From: Myxococcota bacterium
GTDB lineage: Bacteria > Myxococcota_A > UBA796 > CAJQPC01
DNA: 45,694 bases
Direction: 5' to 3'
Assembly: GCA_036229005.1 (NCBI GenBank)
Contig: JAZAMN010000005.1
Span: 1-45,694 of the forward strand
In this document: positions 31,650-41,880 of the stretch, in pieces
Layout: each line of letters begins with the position of its first letter
Numbering within the stretch: position 1 is the stretch's first letter
Notes under the pieces: generated by a model
Told to the model about the DNA's origin: nothing
Databases searched by the model: none
Seen by the model: the letters and a program-made list of their open reading frames with translations, nothing else
Program-made: the position numbers and the translations under genes

Positions 31650-33302
31650 ATGTCGGAGCTGAGCTGGGATGAAGAGGCCGACCTGGTCGTGGTCGGGAGC
31701 GGCGCGGGCGGGATGGCGGCGGCCTTGCGCGGCGCCGAGCAGGGCAAGCGGGTGGTCGTGCTGGAGCGGGAGGCTCGCTGGGGAGGCACCTCGGCGTGGT
31801 CTGGCGGCGGCATGTGGCTCCCCTGCAATCCGCTGATGGCGCGCGATGGCGAGCCGGACAGCCCCGAGGACGCGCTGCGCTACATGGACACCGTCATTGG
31901 GGACGTGGGCCCCGCCAGCAGCCCCGAGCGGCGCCGGGCCTTCGTGGAGACCGCCGCCCAGGTGGTGCCCTGGCTGGAGCAGCACGGCATGCCCGTCCTG
32001 CGCGCCAGCGAGTACCCCGACTACTACCCGGACAAACCCGGCGGACGCATCGGCCGGGGGGTGGAGCTCGACGTGTTCAACGAGCGCGATCTGGGCCCCT
32101 GGGCCGCCACCCTGAGCACGATGGACCCCACGCCCTACATCGCGATGACCACCAAGGACGTGTTCCTGCTGCCGCGCGCGCTGCGGACCTGGCGGGGCTT
32201 CGCCGCGACCAGCGGGGTGATGCTGCGGACCATCGGCTGGTTCCTCAGCCTCCGCAAGCCCCTGGGCATCGGCATGGCCCTGATGGCCCGGCTGACCCAG
32301 CGCGCCCTGGAGCTGGGCGTGGACCTGCGGCTCTCGAGCCCCCTGGTCGAGCTGGTGAGCCAGGACGGCGCGGTCGTCGGTGTGGTCTGCGAGCAGGGCG
32401 GCGTGCGCAAGCGAATCCGGGCGCTCCGGGGGGTGGTCCTGGCGGCAGGAGGCTTCGCGAAGAACGACACGCTGCGGCGCACCCACCAGCCCGTTGGGGG
32501 CGAGTACACCTCGGTCGCACCGGGTGACCAAGGCGAGGCCATCCTGCTGGGGACCGAGCTGGGCGCCGCCGTGGCGCTGATGGACGACGCCTGGTGGGGC
32601 GGCTCCTTCCTGGACGCCGACGGCAACCCCATGTTCTCGGTGACCGAGCGCTCCATGCCCCACTGCATCCTGGTCAACGAGGCCGGCCAGCGCTTCACCA
32701 ACGAGTCCGCCAGCTACATCGACGTCGGCCACGCGATGCTGGCGCAGAACCCCGGCGGCCCGCCGCCCCCCTTCTGGCTCATCCTGGATGCCCGCCACCG
32801 CCGCCGCTACCTCTTCGGCATGGCGCCTCCCGGCATCACCCCCAAGTCCTGGCTGGCGTCCGAGAACCTGTTCAAGGCCCCCACCCTGGACGCGCTCGCC
32901 GTCCAGTGCGGCATCAACGGCGAGGGCCTCAAGGCGACGGTCGCGCGCTTCAACACCTTCGCCGCCGTGGGCGTGGACGAGGACTTCCAGCGCGGCCGCA
33001 CCGCCTACGACAACTACTACGGCGACCCCACGGTCAAGCCGAACCCCAACCTGGGCACGATCGAGCAGGGGCCCTTCTACGCGGTGCGCATGGTCCCTGG
33101 CGACCTGGGCACCAAGGGCGGCCTGCTCACCGACGAGCACGCCCGCGTCCTGACCCCGGAGCAGCGCCCCATCCCGGGGCTCTACGCGACCGGCAACTCC
33201 ACGGCCTCGGTCATGGGCCGCACCTACCCCGGGCCCGGGAGCACACTGGGGCCCGCGGTGGTGTTCGGCATGCGCGGCGTGGACCACGCCCTGGGGCAGT
33301 AG
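31650..33302 (+). CDS. FAD-dependent oxidoreductase, 3-ketosteroid delta-1-dehydrogenase-like
   Basis: VVVGSGAGG, GGTSAWSGGGMW, YPDYY, NESASY, LGTKGGL, YPGPGSTLG. Confidence 0.88.
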   Translation: MSELSWDEEADLVVVGSGAGGMAAALRGAEQGKRVVVLEREARWGGTSAWSGGGMWLPCNPLMARDGEPDSPEDALRYMDTVIGDVGPASSPERRRAFVETAAQVVPWLEQHGMPVLRASEYPDYYPDKPGGRIGRGVELDVFNERDLGPWAATLSTMDPTPYIAMTTKDVFLLPRALRTWRGFAATSGVMLRTIGWFLSLRKPLGIGMALMARLTQRALELGVDLRLSSPLVELVSQDGAVVGVVCEQGGVRKRIRALRGVVLAAGGFAKNDTLRRTHQPVGGEYTSVAPGDQGEAILLGTELGAAVALMDDAWWGGSFLDADGNPMFSVTERSMPHCILVNEAGQRFTNESASYIDVGHAMLAQNPGGPPPPFWLILDARHRRRYLFGMAPPGITPKSWLASENLFKAPTLDALAVQCGINGEGLKATVARFNTFAAVGVDEDFQRGRTAYDNYYGDPTVKPNPNLGTIEQGPFYAVRMVPGDLGTKGGLLTDEHARVLTPEQRPIPGLYATGNSTASVMGRTYPGPGSTLGPAVVFGMRGVDHALGQ

Positions 33303-33320
33303 GGCCTGGGGCCCCGCGTT

Positions 33321-34724
33321 CTACTCGACGTACCCCATGGCCCGCAGGGCATCGAGGGTGTCTTCGTCCAGCTCGATGCTCTGCTCCTGGGCGGAGTCCA
33401 CGCGCGCCTGGGCCCGGTGCTGGTCCAGCAGGGCGGTGAGCTCCGCCTGCACGCCCGCGGGCGCCTTGCCGTACAGGTTGTGGGTCTCCCCGGGGTCCTG
33501 CTGCAGGTCGTAGAGCTCCTTGGTGGTGTTGGTCTCCATGAGCTTGTAGTGACCTCGCACGACCATCCAGTCCCCACGGTTGGCGGACTGCAGCGAGGAC
33601 CGGATGGCGTAGATCGGCCGCTCCGCGAGCCGCTCCGAGAGCAACCGCGCCCCCTTCTCCCCCTTGAGGATTGGGCTCAGGTCCACCCCGCCGCTCTGGC
33701 CCTGGGGCGGCGCGATGTCCACCACCCCCGCCAGGGTCGGGTAGAGGTCCACCAGCGAGACCGGGAACTCCGGCTGCAGGCCCGCCTGGATGCCCGGCCC
33801 CTTGGCCAGGAAGACCACGTCGTTCACCTCGCGGTAGAGGTGGGTGTTGGTGCCGTGCGAGTAGGCCCCGTGCTCCCCGAAGGCGTCGCCGTGGTCGCTG
33901 ACGACAAAGATGTAGGTGTTGTCCGGAATCTCCAGGCTCTGCACCATCTTGGCCAGCCACGCGTCGGTGTAGCGGACCTCGCTGTCGTAGGCGTTGATCA
34001 TCTCCTGCTGGGGGTCCGCGCTGTCCTGGAACCACGGAGCCCACCGGTGGTAGGGCTGGTGCGGATCCGTGAGGTGCACCCACAGAAAGAAGGGCTTGGC
34101 GCCGTGCAGCTTCTCTTTCTGGTCCTGCAGCCAGTGGGACACGCGCTCGGCGTCGACCGGGGCCTCCTTGCGGGTCTCAGGGGCCCAGTCCGTCACGTCG
34201 GTGGGGTCGGGCTCCCGGCTGCCGCTGTAGACCTCGAACTCGGGCGCGGTGTAGCGCCGGAAGGTGACAAAGCCCCGCTCAAAGCCCTGCCGCGGCATCA
34301 GCAGCAGGTTGGTGGTCACCCCGACCGTCTCGTAGCCGTTGCGCCGGAAGAGCTGCGCGATGGTGAGCAGGTCCTGGTCCATCCTGGGCAGTGGCCGGAC
34401 CTCCTGCCCCGCCTCCATGGCCCGCCGCCTCGCGGGGACGGCGCCCTCCACGACCGCGTGCTGGTTGGGGTACTGCCCGGTCATCATCGTCGCCAGCGAC
34501 GGGATGGTCCACGAAGAGGTGCTGTAGGCCCGGTCAAAGCGCGCCCCGTCCAGCGCCAGCTCCCGCATCCACGGGCTGACATCGGGGTCGGACGGGCTGA
34601 GCCCCAGGCGGTCCGGGCGCTGGGTGTCCAGGACGATGACCAGCACGTTGGGACGCTCGCCGGCCTGGACGGTCGGGGTCGCAGGGGTCAGGCAGGCGCT
34701 CAGGGTCAACCAGAGAGACAGCAA
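33321..34724 (-). CDS. sulfatase-like hydrolase/transferase lipoprotein
   Basis: VLDTQRPD, SWTIPS, DPHQPY, SDHGD, ELYDL..DPGE, LRAMGYVE. Confidence 0.9.
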   Translation of the reverse strand: MLSLWLTLSACLTPATPTVQAGERPNVLVIVLDTQRPDRLGLSPSDPDVSPWMRELALDGARFDRAYSTSSWTIPSLATMMTGQYPNQHAVVEGAVPARRRAMEAGQEVRPLPRMDQDLLTIAQLFRRNGYETVGVTTNLLLMPRQGFERGFVTFRRYTAPEFEVYSGSREPDPTDVTDWAPETRKEAPVDAERVSHWLQDQKEKLHGAKPFFLWVHLTDPHQPYHRWAPWFQDSADPQQEMINAYDSEVRYTDAWLAKMVQSLEIPDNTYIFVVSDHGDAFGEHGAYSHGTNTHLYREVNDVVFLAKGPGIQAGLQPEFPVSLVDLYPTLAGVVDIAPPQGQSGGVDLSPILKGEKGARLLSERLAERPIYAIRSSLQSANRGDWMVVRGHYKLMETNTTKELYDLQQDPGETHNLYGKAPAGVQAELTALLDQHRAQARVDSAQEQSIELDEDTLDALRAMGYVE

Positions 34725-34785
34725 GGGGGGCTCCAGTGGGGGGACGAGGGAGACCTTAGTCCAACTCCACCAGGGTTGTCACCTC

Positions 34786-35649
34786 TCAGGTTACAAAGTC
34801 CGCCAGATCCTCCATACCAGCCTCTCGGTACAGCGAGGACAGGGTGGGCCGGAGCTCCGACCAGGGCCGCTGCTCGATGGCCCAGACGTCCATCCAGTGG
34901 GCGGCGCGGTCCAGGGGGGGCTTGCTCTCGTCCTCGGCCAGGATGCGGTAGGGGTCGGCCTTGAAAGGCGCGCTCCAACCTGCACGCTCGGCGACCTCCT
35001 CGAAGGGCATACCCAGGGTCCACAGGGGCAGGGTCAGGGCGGCGCGGGCGGCCTCCCGGGCGGGCTCCGGGCGCCCCTGCTTGGCCATCAGGCGGCTCAG
35101 GAAGGCCTGGGGACGGGCCCAGCCGGGGGCCGCCGAGCCCGAGCGCTCCGCGGTGATCGCCGCGCTCATGGTGTCGCCCTTCTCCTGGTGCCCCAGGGCG
35201 AGCTCCTCGTAGAGGTGGGGCAGGCCGCCCACGCGCATCAGCAGGTAGGCCTTGAGGGGCAGGCCGGACTCCCGCACCCAGCCGGGCTGGTAGAGGACCT
35301 CGTCCCGGTTGGCCGCCGCGAGCAGGCCGCTGCTGTCTTCGCCGTCCACGTCGCGGGTGGCGAGCTCGGCGTGCAGGAGCTGGTCGATGGAGCCGGCCCA
35401 CAGGGTCATGCCCAGGGTCCCGGCGCGCACGACGGGCAGCTCCATCGAGGCGTCGGGGGTGGGCCACCGCAGCAGCCCCACCACCACGCCGCTCTTCTCC
35501 CGCGCGATGGGGATCACCAGGGGGTGCAGCTCCCCCCGTTCGGTGGGGTCCATCAGCTCGCCCTCCATGCCGGCCAGCAGGGCCAGGAAAGCGCGGAGAC
35601 GGGCGGGGACCTTGGCCCCGGCAGCGGTGAGGATGTCGGCGTGTCGCAT
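34786..35649 (-). CDS. hypothetical protein resembling plant PAB (protein in chloroplast ATPase biogenesis)
   Basis: Colinear motifs LHPLVIP, LLRWPT, MELPVV, YLL.RVG, H.EKGD..SA, PGWARP, AR.AL..P.WTLG, LD.AA, Y.EAG...A.FV, recalled from plant PAB. Start ATG 35649. Confidence 0.75.
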   Translation of the reverse strand: MRHADILTAAGAKVPARLRAFLALLAGMEGELMDPTERGELHPLVIPIAREKSGVVVGLLRWPTPDASMELPVVRAGTLGMTLWAGSIDQLLHAELATRDVDGEDSSGLLAAANRDEVLYQPGWVRESGLPLKAYLLMRVGGLPHLYEELALGHQEKGDTMSAAITAERSGSAAPGWARPQAFLSRLMAKQGRPEPAREAARAALTLPLWTLGMPFEEVAERAGWSAPFKADPYRILAEDESKPPLDRAAHWMDVWAIEQRPWSELRPTLSSLYREAGMEDLADFVT

Positions 35650-35716
35650 GCACTCCAAGTGACAGGATGCGCGCAGCGAGGCAAGTTGTTCGTCCAGCCC
35701 AAGCCCTGGAGACTCC

Positions 35717-36433
35717 GTGCTGATCGCCCTGGCCCTGCTCGCTTGCACCGGGGGCGACGCCCAAGACAGCGTCGCCGACACCACCCCCACCGAGATCACC
35801 TGGCCCAGCTCCAACCGGGTCCTGGTCTACCAGGGACACGGCGGCGTGAGCGGCGATTCGGTGGGCAACGGCGGCTGGAATCAGGTGGTCGAGGAGCTCA
35901 ACGCCGCCGGCTTCGAGGCCGAGACCCGCAGCTCCATGAGCGACGCCAGCGCCTACCGCGCGGTGTTCTTCATCTCCCCCGGACAGCAGGAGGACGTGAT
36001 CCTGGGCGAGAACACCGTGGCCTCGATCCAGGCGGGCCTGGAGGCCGGCACCCGCATGATCGTGCTGGCCGGCGAGGACAACTGCGACTCCCGCGCGATC
36101 TCCACCCTGCTCTCCGACCTGGGCGCGCCCATGTCCCTGACCGGCGAGAGCAGCAGCGTCCCGGTCCTGGCCCAGGCGCAGCCCGGGAACCAGCTCGCCA
36201 AGGGCATCGAAGAGGGCGTGCTGCTCTCCAACCCCTGCACCATCGACAAGGGCGACGCCGACGCCGAGCTCTCCGTCGACCGGGACCTGGTGGCCGTCTC
36301 CTGGCGGCCCGGCTGGGGCGGGGACGTCGTCTTGGTGGGCGACCACAGGTTCGCCGACGACACCGGCCGCTGGAAGAACCGGGACAACCTGCGCTTTGTC
36401 CTGAACCTGGCCGAGGTCGATCCCGAGTACTGA
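35717..36433 (+). CDS. lipoprotein with DUF4350/GATase-like fold
   Basis: MLIALALLAC, VLVYQGHG, GDVVLVGD..F.D, N..F..N. Confidence 0.7.
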   Translation: MLIALALLACTGGDAQDSVADTTPTEITWPSSNRVLVYQGHGGVSGDSVGNGGWNQVVEELNAAGFEAETRSSMSDASAYRAVFFISPGQQEDVILGENTVASIQAGLEAGTRMIVLAGEDNCDSRAISTLLSDLGAPMSLTGESSSVPVLAQAQPGNQLAKGIEEGVLLSNPCTIDKGDADAELSVDRDLVAVSWRPGWGGDVVLVGDHRFADDTGRWKNRDNLRFVLNLAEVDPEY

Positions 36434-36500
36434 CCTGTCGCCCTACAGGTGACAAGCCAGTCAGAGTCCGCTACCCTGAGGTGACTTCGGGGAGTGCGCT

Positions 36501-38246
36501 GTGCTCTGGACGATCCTGTTGGCTTGCGCCCAAGAGCCCCCGCCCCCGGCGGAGTGTCCGCTCTGGTACGCCGACCTGGACGCGGACGGCTTCGGTGACC
36601 CCAGCGATCCGGTCGCCTCCTGCGAGCCGGTCTCCGGCCGCGTCGACAACGGCAACGACTGCGACGACCGGGACGCCGCCCTGACCACCCAGGCCTCCTG
36701 CTCCCAGAGCTGCAGCCAGGCCCCCTTGGTGCGGGCGACCGAGCTGGAGGCCTGCGAGGGTGCGCTCATCCGGGTCAATGGACGCCTGGAGGGGCTGCCC
36801 GAGGGGGCCTGTGTTTGCGAGGTCAGTGAGCTGCTCCTGGCCGACGACCACACCGATCCGGCCTCCGTGGCCGCCCTGATCCGGGTGGACACCCTGGCCA
36901 TCTCCGAGGACGCCGGTGATCTGTCCTTCGACAACCTGGAGGAGGTCCAGACCCTCACCGCGGTGCTCTCCCAGACCGAGCTGTCCCTGGAACGGCTGCG
37001 CAGCGCCCAGGAAATCTACATCCAGGGCGCCTCCCAGCTCCGCCTCCCCGCCTTGAAGGAGGCCGAGCGCCTGCTGCTGCTGGAGCTGGGGGCCGAGTCC
37101 CTGACCCTCCCCGCCCTGGACGAGGTCGAGTACATGGTGGTGCAGGACGCCGCGCTGCGCAGCCTCAGCCTGGGCCCCCGCGCGGATGTGGTCTGGCTGC
37201 GGATCGCCAACAGCGACGCGCTGGCGCTGATCTCCGGCGGCCGTGAGATCTCGCTGATGGAGCTGCACCGCCGCCAACAGGACGTGCAGCGCACCATCAC
37301 CTCGCCCATCCGGGACCTGTGGTGGTGGGGCCAGCACCGGGCCGACGTGGTGCTCACTGCGGGCCCGGACCGGACGCTCCGCAAGGTGGGGAGCGGGACC
37401 CTCTCGGTGCAGCACAGCGAGCAATCGACCCTGTGGGTGCAGAAGGGCACGCTGATGCTCCCCACCCAGCAGGAGGCCCGCTATCTCTGGCTGGAGGGCG
37501 GTCAACTGGACGCCCCGATGCTCACCCACGTGGACACGCTCAGCGGCTCCGGCGGCTGCGATCTCCCCGCCCTGGAGACCGCCGACTACGTCTACGCCGG
37601 CAGCGACTGCGACCCGCCCAGGCTGCGCTGGGTGGGCACCCTGCGGGGAGTGGGGACGCTGAGCGCGGTGGAGTCCGTCGACACCCACAACTGGGGCAAC
37701 AACGTCGTGCTCCCCTCCCTGCGCGAGGCCACCGGCGTCGGGACCATCTGGGGCGCAGAGGGCGCGCTGCCTGAGCTCAGCCTGGTGTCCGGGGACCTGC
37801 AGTTCGACGGGGCCGTGCTGCCCAAGCTCCGCCACGTGGACGGCGAGCTGGTGGTCCTAAACGGCCTGGTCGAGCTCCCCGCCCTCCAGAGCACCGACGG
37901 CCTGCAGGTCACCGGCTGGCGCGAGGTGCGCGTCGACCAGGACTGGGACTTCCCCGTCCGCGTCGAGGGCTTCGACGGCTCCCTCCAGATGGGGCGGGTC
38001 AACGCGGCCGTCGTGGTGCGCAACCAGGGCGACTCCGCCAAGCGCGCCGCCCCGCACCTCGCCTTCGACGAGATCCACGGCAATGTGACGGTCGTGGCCA
38101 TCCTGTGGGAGACGGTGGACATCCGCATCGGAGAGCTGGACGGTGACCTCCTCTACTGCATCCCCAGGCTGACCCCGGAGCAGGCCCAGGCCTGGGTGGA
38201 CAGCATCCCCATGACCGGCACCGCCACGGACATCTGCACATGGTGA
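36501..38246 (+). CDS. array paralog 1: lipoprotein with MopE-like Asp/Cys motif and L-domain/LRR-like repeats
   Basis: LLAC, CPLWYADLDADGFG..DCDD, repeated LPxLxxV, C-cap GDLLYC...DIC. Confidence 0.85.
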   Translation: MLWTILLACAQEPPPPAECPLWYADLDADGFGDPSDPVASCEPVSGRVDNGNDCDDRDAALTTQASCSQSCSQAPLVRATELEACEGALIRVNGRLEGLPEGACVCEVSELLLADDHTDPASVAALIRVDTLAISEDAGDLSFDNLEEVQTLTAVLSQTELSLERLRSAQEIYIQGASQLRLPALKEAERLLLLELGAESLTLPALDEVEYMVVQDAALRSLSLGPRADVVWLRIANSDALALISGGREISLMELHRRQQDVQRTITSPIRDLWWWGQHRADVVLTAGPDRTLRKVGSGTLSVQHSEQSTLWVQKGTLMLPTQQEARYLWLEGGQLDAPMLTHVDTLSGSGGCDLPALETADYVYAGSDCDPPRLRWVGTLRGVGTLSAVESVDTHNWGNNVVLPSLREATGVGTIWGAEGALPELSLVSGDLQFDGAVLPKLRHVDGELVVLNGLVELPALQSTDGLQVTGWREVRVDQDWDFPVRVEGFDGSLQMGRVNAAVVVRNQGDSAKRAAPHLAFDEIHGNVTVVAILWETVDIRIGELDGDLLYCIPRLTPEQAQAWVDSIPMTGTATDICTW

Positions 38247-40024
38247 CCCTGCTGCTGCTGGCCTGCGCCCAAGAGGCCCCCTGCCCCACCTGGTACGCCG
38301 ACGTGGACGCCGACGGCTACGGCGACTCAGCGGACGGTGTCCAGAGCTGCGAGCCCCTGCCCGGCCGCATCGACAACCGCGATGACTGCGACGACCGGGA
38401 CGCCGACACGCACCCGGGCGCCGTGGATCTGCACGGCGACGGCAAGGACCAGGACTGCAACACCCAGCAGGACTGCGACGGCCTGCCGGAGATCAGCGCA
38501 GTGGAGCTGCAGGACTGCAGCCAGCGCGTGAACATCGCCGGCTCCCTGTCCGAGACGCCCCCCGGGGACTGCATCTGCCGCATCGACGGGGACCTGACGA
38601 TCAGCGAGCGACTGGATCTCTCTCAGCTCGCCTCGCTCCAACAGGTCCAGGGCTACGTGCGCATCGGCGGTGGCCGCGAAGAGGACATCAACCTCCCCCA
38701 GCTCCGGAGCGTCGGCCGATCGCTGACCGGAGAGCCCGCCGCCCCCCTCCGCCTCTCGCTCCCGCAGCTACGCCAGGCGGGCGAGATCCTGCTCAGCGGC
38801 GTGGGGGAGCTGGACCTCTCCCGCCTGGAGCATCTGGGCGACCTGCGCCTCTCCAACCACCAGTCCACACACCTCGCTCTCCCCGCCCTCCAGTCCATCG
38901 ACAGCCTGGATCTGCGGCACAGCAGCGTGCTTGAGCGCCTCTCGCTGCCCGCGGGCACCCACATTGGAGCGCTGACGATCCTGGAGATGCCCAGCCTGTC
39001 CTCGACGGTGAGTCCCAGTCCCTTCACGGTGGAGGAGGTCCGCTGGACCCAGAGCGGTGGGGAGGGGCTGCTGGTGCTGCCGAAGAGCCTCCACACCCTC
39101 GAGACCTACGGGCCCGACGCCACCCTCACGGTCCTCGGCGCCAGCGAGGTCACGCTGCTCCAACACAACGCAGGCACTCTGACCGCGCCTGACCTGGGGC
39201 GCGCGGACTCCCTGGTGAGCTACGGCGCGCTGAGCACCCCCGCGCTCACCGAGCTTGGGTCTGCGACGGTCTCGACCGGCGATAGCTGGAGCGCCCCCCT
39301 GCTGGAGGCCCTGGAGGCGGCCGACCTCTGGGCCACCGATCTGGACCTGCCGGCCCTCCGCAGCGTAGACACCGGCTTCCTGGGCGGGGCCGAGCTGCCC
39401 GCCCTGGAGCGCGTCGGCGACGTGAAGGCCTACGGCACCTACCCGGCGCTGCGAGAGGTGGCGTTTGGCCTCAGCGGCTCCCCCATCGCCCCCGCCCTGA
39501 CCCACCTGGGCGCCCCCGCGAGCCTGGATGCGCCCACCGGCAGCCTGCCCGCGCTGCGCACCGTGAGCGCGCCCCTGACCCTGAGCGGCCACGCCGAGCT
39601 CCCCGCCCTGCAGAGCGCCCAGGCCCCCATCACCCTGGACGGCGTCGCCGAGTTCTACACCCCGGCCCTCACGGACATGGCCTACGTCGAGCTGGTCGGA
39701 GAGACGGCGCCCCTGCTCCCCGACCCCTTCCCCGGCGGCCTGTTGCCCACCAACTACCAGCCGCGCACCGAGCTGCGGATCCACACCCTCCAGGGCGGCC
39801 TGAGACTGTGGGACGAGAAGCACCGGGACGCCCCTTGGATCAGCGTCGACACGGTGCAGGGCAACCTGAGCCTGCGCGCGGATTGGGACAGCCTGGACGC
39901 GCTCCGCGTGGGACGGGTCGAGGGGGACCTGTCCTACTGCCTGCGCTCTGTCCCCACCACCGAACTGGACACCTGGCTCGCAAGCATCGAGCTCGTCGGC
40001 ACCACCGAGGACACCTGCCCATGA
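38240..40024 (+). CDS. array paralog 2
   Basis: LLAC, CPTWYADVDADGYG, DCDD..HPGA..DG.DQDC, LPAL repeats, GRVEGDLSYCL...EDTC. Confidence 0.88.
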   Translation: MVTLLLLACAQEAPCPTWYADVDADGYGDSADGVQSCEPLPGRIDNRDDCDDRDADTHPGAVDLHGDGKDQDCNTQQDCDGLPEISAVELQDCSQRVNIAGSLSETPPGDCICRIDGDLTISERLDLSQLASLQQVQGYVRIGGGREEDINLPQLRSVGRSLTGEPAAPLRLSLPQLRQAGEILLSGVGELDLSRLEHLGDLRLSNHQSTHLALPALQSIDSLDLRHSSVLERLSLPAGTHIGALTILEMPSLSSTVSPSPFTVEEVRWTQSGGEGLLVLPKSLHTLETYGPDATLTVLGASEVTLLQHNAGTLTAPDLGRADSLVSYGALSTPALTELGSATVSTGDSWSAPLLEALEAADLWATDLDLPALRSVDTGFLGGAELPALERVGDVKAYGTYPALREVAFGLSGSPIAPALTHLGAPASLDAPTGSLPALRTVSAPLTLSGHAELPALQSAQAPITLDGVAEFYTPALTDMAYVELVGETAPLLPDPFPGGLLPTNYQPRTELRIHTLQGGLRLWDEKHRDAPWISVDTVQGNLSLRADWDSLDALRVGRVEGDLSYCLRSVPTTELDTWLASIELVGTTEDTCP

Positions 40025-41880
40025 ACTGGCTGCCCCTGAGCTGGCTGCTCATGCTCCCGCTGGCCTGCACGGAGCCCGAGACCTGCCCCACCTGGTACGC
40101 CGACGTGGACGCCGACGGCTACGGCGACCCATTTGACGGCGTGGTGTCCTGCGCGGAGCTGACCGGTCGGGCCACCCTCTCCGGCGACTGCAACGACCAC
40201 GACGCGGGCGTGCACCCAGCGGCCACGGATGTCCCAGGCGACGGGCGGGACCAGGACTGCGACGGCGAGGACGCCTGCGCGGGCGCCGAGCGCGTGACCC
40301 AAGCCAGCGCGTGCGGCGACCACCCCATCATCCTGACGGAGCTGGCCCGCAGCGTGCCCAGCGGCGGCTGCCTCTGCGCGAGCACCGCCGACCTGAGCGT
40401 GCCCAGCGACACCCCCGAATCGGACCTCGCGCAGCTCCACTCGGTGGCCGGCAGCCTGACCCTGTGGACGCGGGAGTCCGACCTGACCCTGCCCGTCCTG
40501 CAGCAGGTCGGCACCCTGGACGCCCGGATGGACGGCAACAGCCTGCGCGCCCCCGCCCTGCGAGAGGCCGACGCGGTGGTCCTACGCGACCCGGCCGACG
40601 TGGACCTCAGCGGGCTGGAGACCTGCCAGAGCGTGGAGATCAGCGCTCCGGCGGGCCACATCGACATGTCCTCGCTGGCGGAGACCGAGTCTGCCACCCT
40701 GTCGAGCGCCCTGAACCTCTTGGGGTGGGAGCTGCCGGTGGGAGCGCACTTCCAGCACCTCCTCCTCGCAAGCAGCAACGACAACGGCCTCCCCGGCGCC
40801 GGGCTGCGCGTCGACACCCTGGAGGTCCTGGCCCCCGTGGACCCGGCCTGGGACCTGGACTGGCAGGTGGAAACCCTGCAGGTGGGCGCCCTGGAGCGCG
40901 ACTTCGAGATCGCCGGCCTGACAGCCCTCGCCCTGCTGGAGCCCGGCAAGCTGGGTGGCCTGAGCCTGAGCCTGCCCGACCTGCAGACCCTGGAGCAGCT
41001 CACGCAGACGGAGACCGGAACCCTGGAGCTGGATGGGCTGCTCTGGCTGGGCGCCGCCTTGATCGAGGGGACCCTGCACGCCCCAGCGCTCACCGAGGCC
41101 GGCACCATCGACCTGGACTGGTACGCCACCCTGGACGCCCCCGCGCTGCGCAGCGTGGAGCACATCCGCGGCAGCTACGAGCTCGAGCTCCCCGCCCTGG
41201 AGCAGGCCGACACCCTCAGCGCCGGCCGCGGCAGCTTCCCGGAGCTCTGGCGCGTCTCCACCCTCATCGGGGGCCTGGGCTGGGAGACCACCGCCCCCAA
41301 GCTGGTCGTGGTGGAGCGCCTGCTGGTGGGCCAGGTCCACGCCCCCTCGCTGGTCTCGCTCCCCGCGGGTCAGCTCAACGCCCGGGCCGGCGACCTGGAC
41401 AGCCTGCGCTGGGTGGACGGCGAGCTGCTCCTGGAGGACCGCGCCGAGCTCCCTGCCCTGCGCGGGGTGGGCGGGGCCTTCGAGCTCAGCGACGTGCAGG
41501 CCCTGAGCGCCCCCGAGCTCCAGGCCGTGGACGCCATCCGGGTCGAGGGCAGCGCCCCCACCCAGCTCCCCGATCCAACCCCCGCCGGCGTCCGCGCCGT
41601 CGAGTTCATGCCCCGCGACCCCGTCCAGTGGGGCAGCATCCAGGGCGGCCTCTACGTCGAGTGCAGCGCCTACCGCTGCAGCCCACCGGAGCTCCAGGTC
41701 ACCCAGGTCCAGGGCAACCTGAGCGTCGAGGGCGCCTCCTGGACCACCCTGGGCAGCTTCCGCGTCGGCCGGGTCGAGGGGGATCTGTCCTACTGCCTGC
41801 CCGCCGTCCCCACCACCGAGCTCGCTGCCTGGCTGGACACCATCGAGATCCACGGCACCGTCGAGGACACCTGCAAGTGA
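40021..41880 (+). CDS. array paralog 3
   Basis: Start re-called to ATG 40021 (ATGA overlap). Same architecture. Confidence 0.88.
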   Translation: MNWLPLSWLLMLPLACTEPETCPTWYADVDADGYGDPFDGVVSCAELTGRATLSGDCNDHDAGVHPAATDVPGDGRDQDCDGEDACAGAERVTQASACGDHPIILTELARSVPSGGCLCASTADLSVPSDTPESDLAQLHSVAGSLTLWTRESDLTLPVLQQVGTLDARMDGNSLRAPALREADAVVLRDPADVDLSGLETCQSVEISAPAGHIDMSSLAETESATLSSALNLLGWELPVGAHFQHLLLASSNDNGLPGAGLRVDTLEVLAPVDPAWDLDWQVETLQVGALERDFEIAGLTALALLEPGKLGGLSLSLPDLQTLEQLTQTETGTLELDGLLWLGAALIEGTLHAPALTEAGTIDLDWYATLDAPALRSVEHIRGSYELELPALEQADTLSAGRGSFPELWRVSTLIGGLGWETTAPKLVVVERLLVGQVHAPSLVSLPAGQLNARAGDLDSLRWVDGELLLEDRAELPALRGVGGAFELSDVQALSAPELQAVDAIRVEGSAPTQLPDPTPAGVRAVEFMPRDPVQWGSIQGGLYVECSAYRCSPPELQVTQVQGNLSVEGASWTTLGSFRVGRVEGDLSYCLPAVPTTELAAWLDTIEIHGTVEDTCK

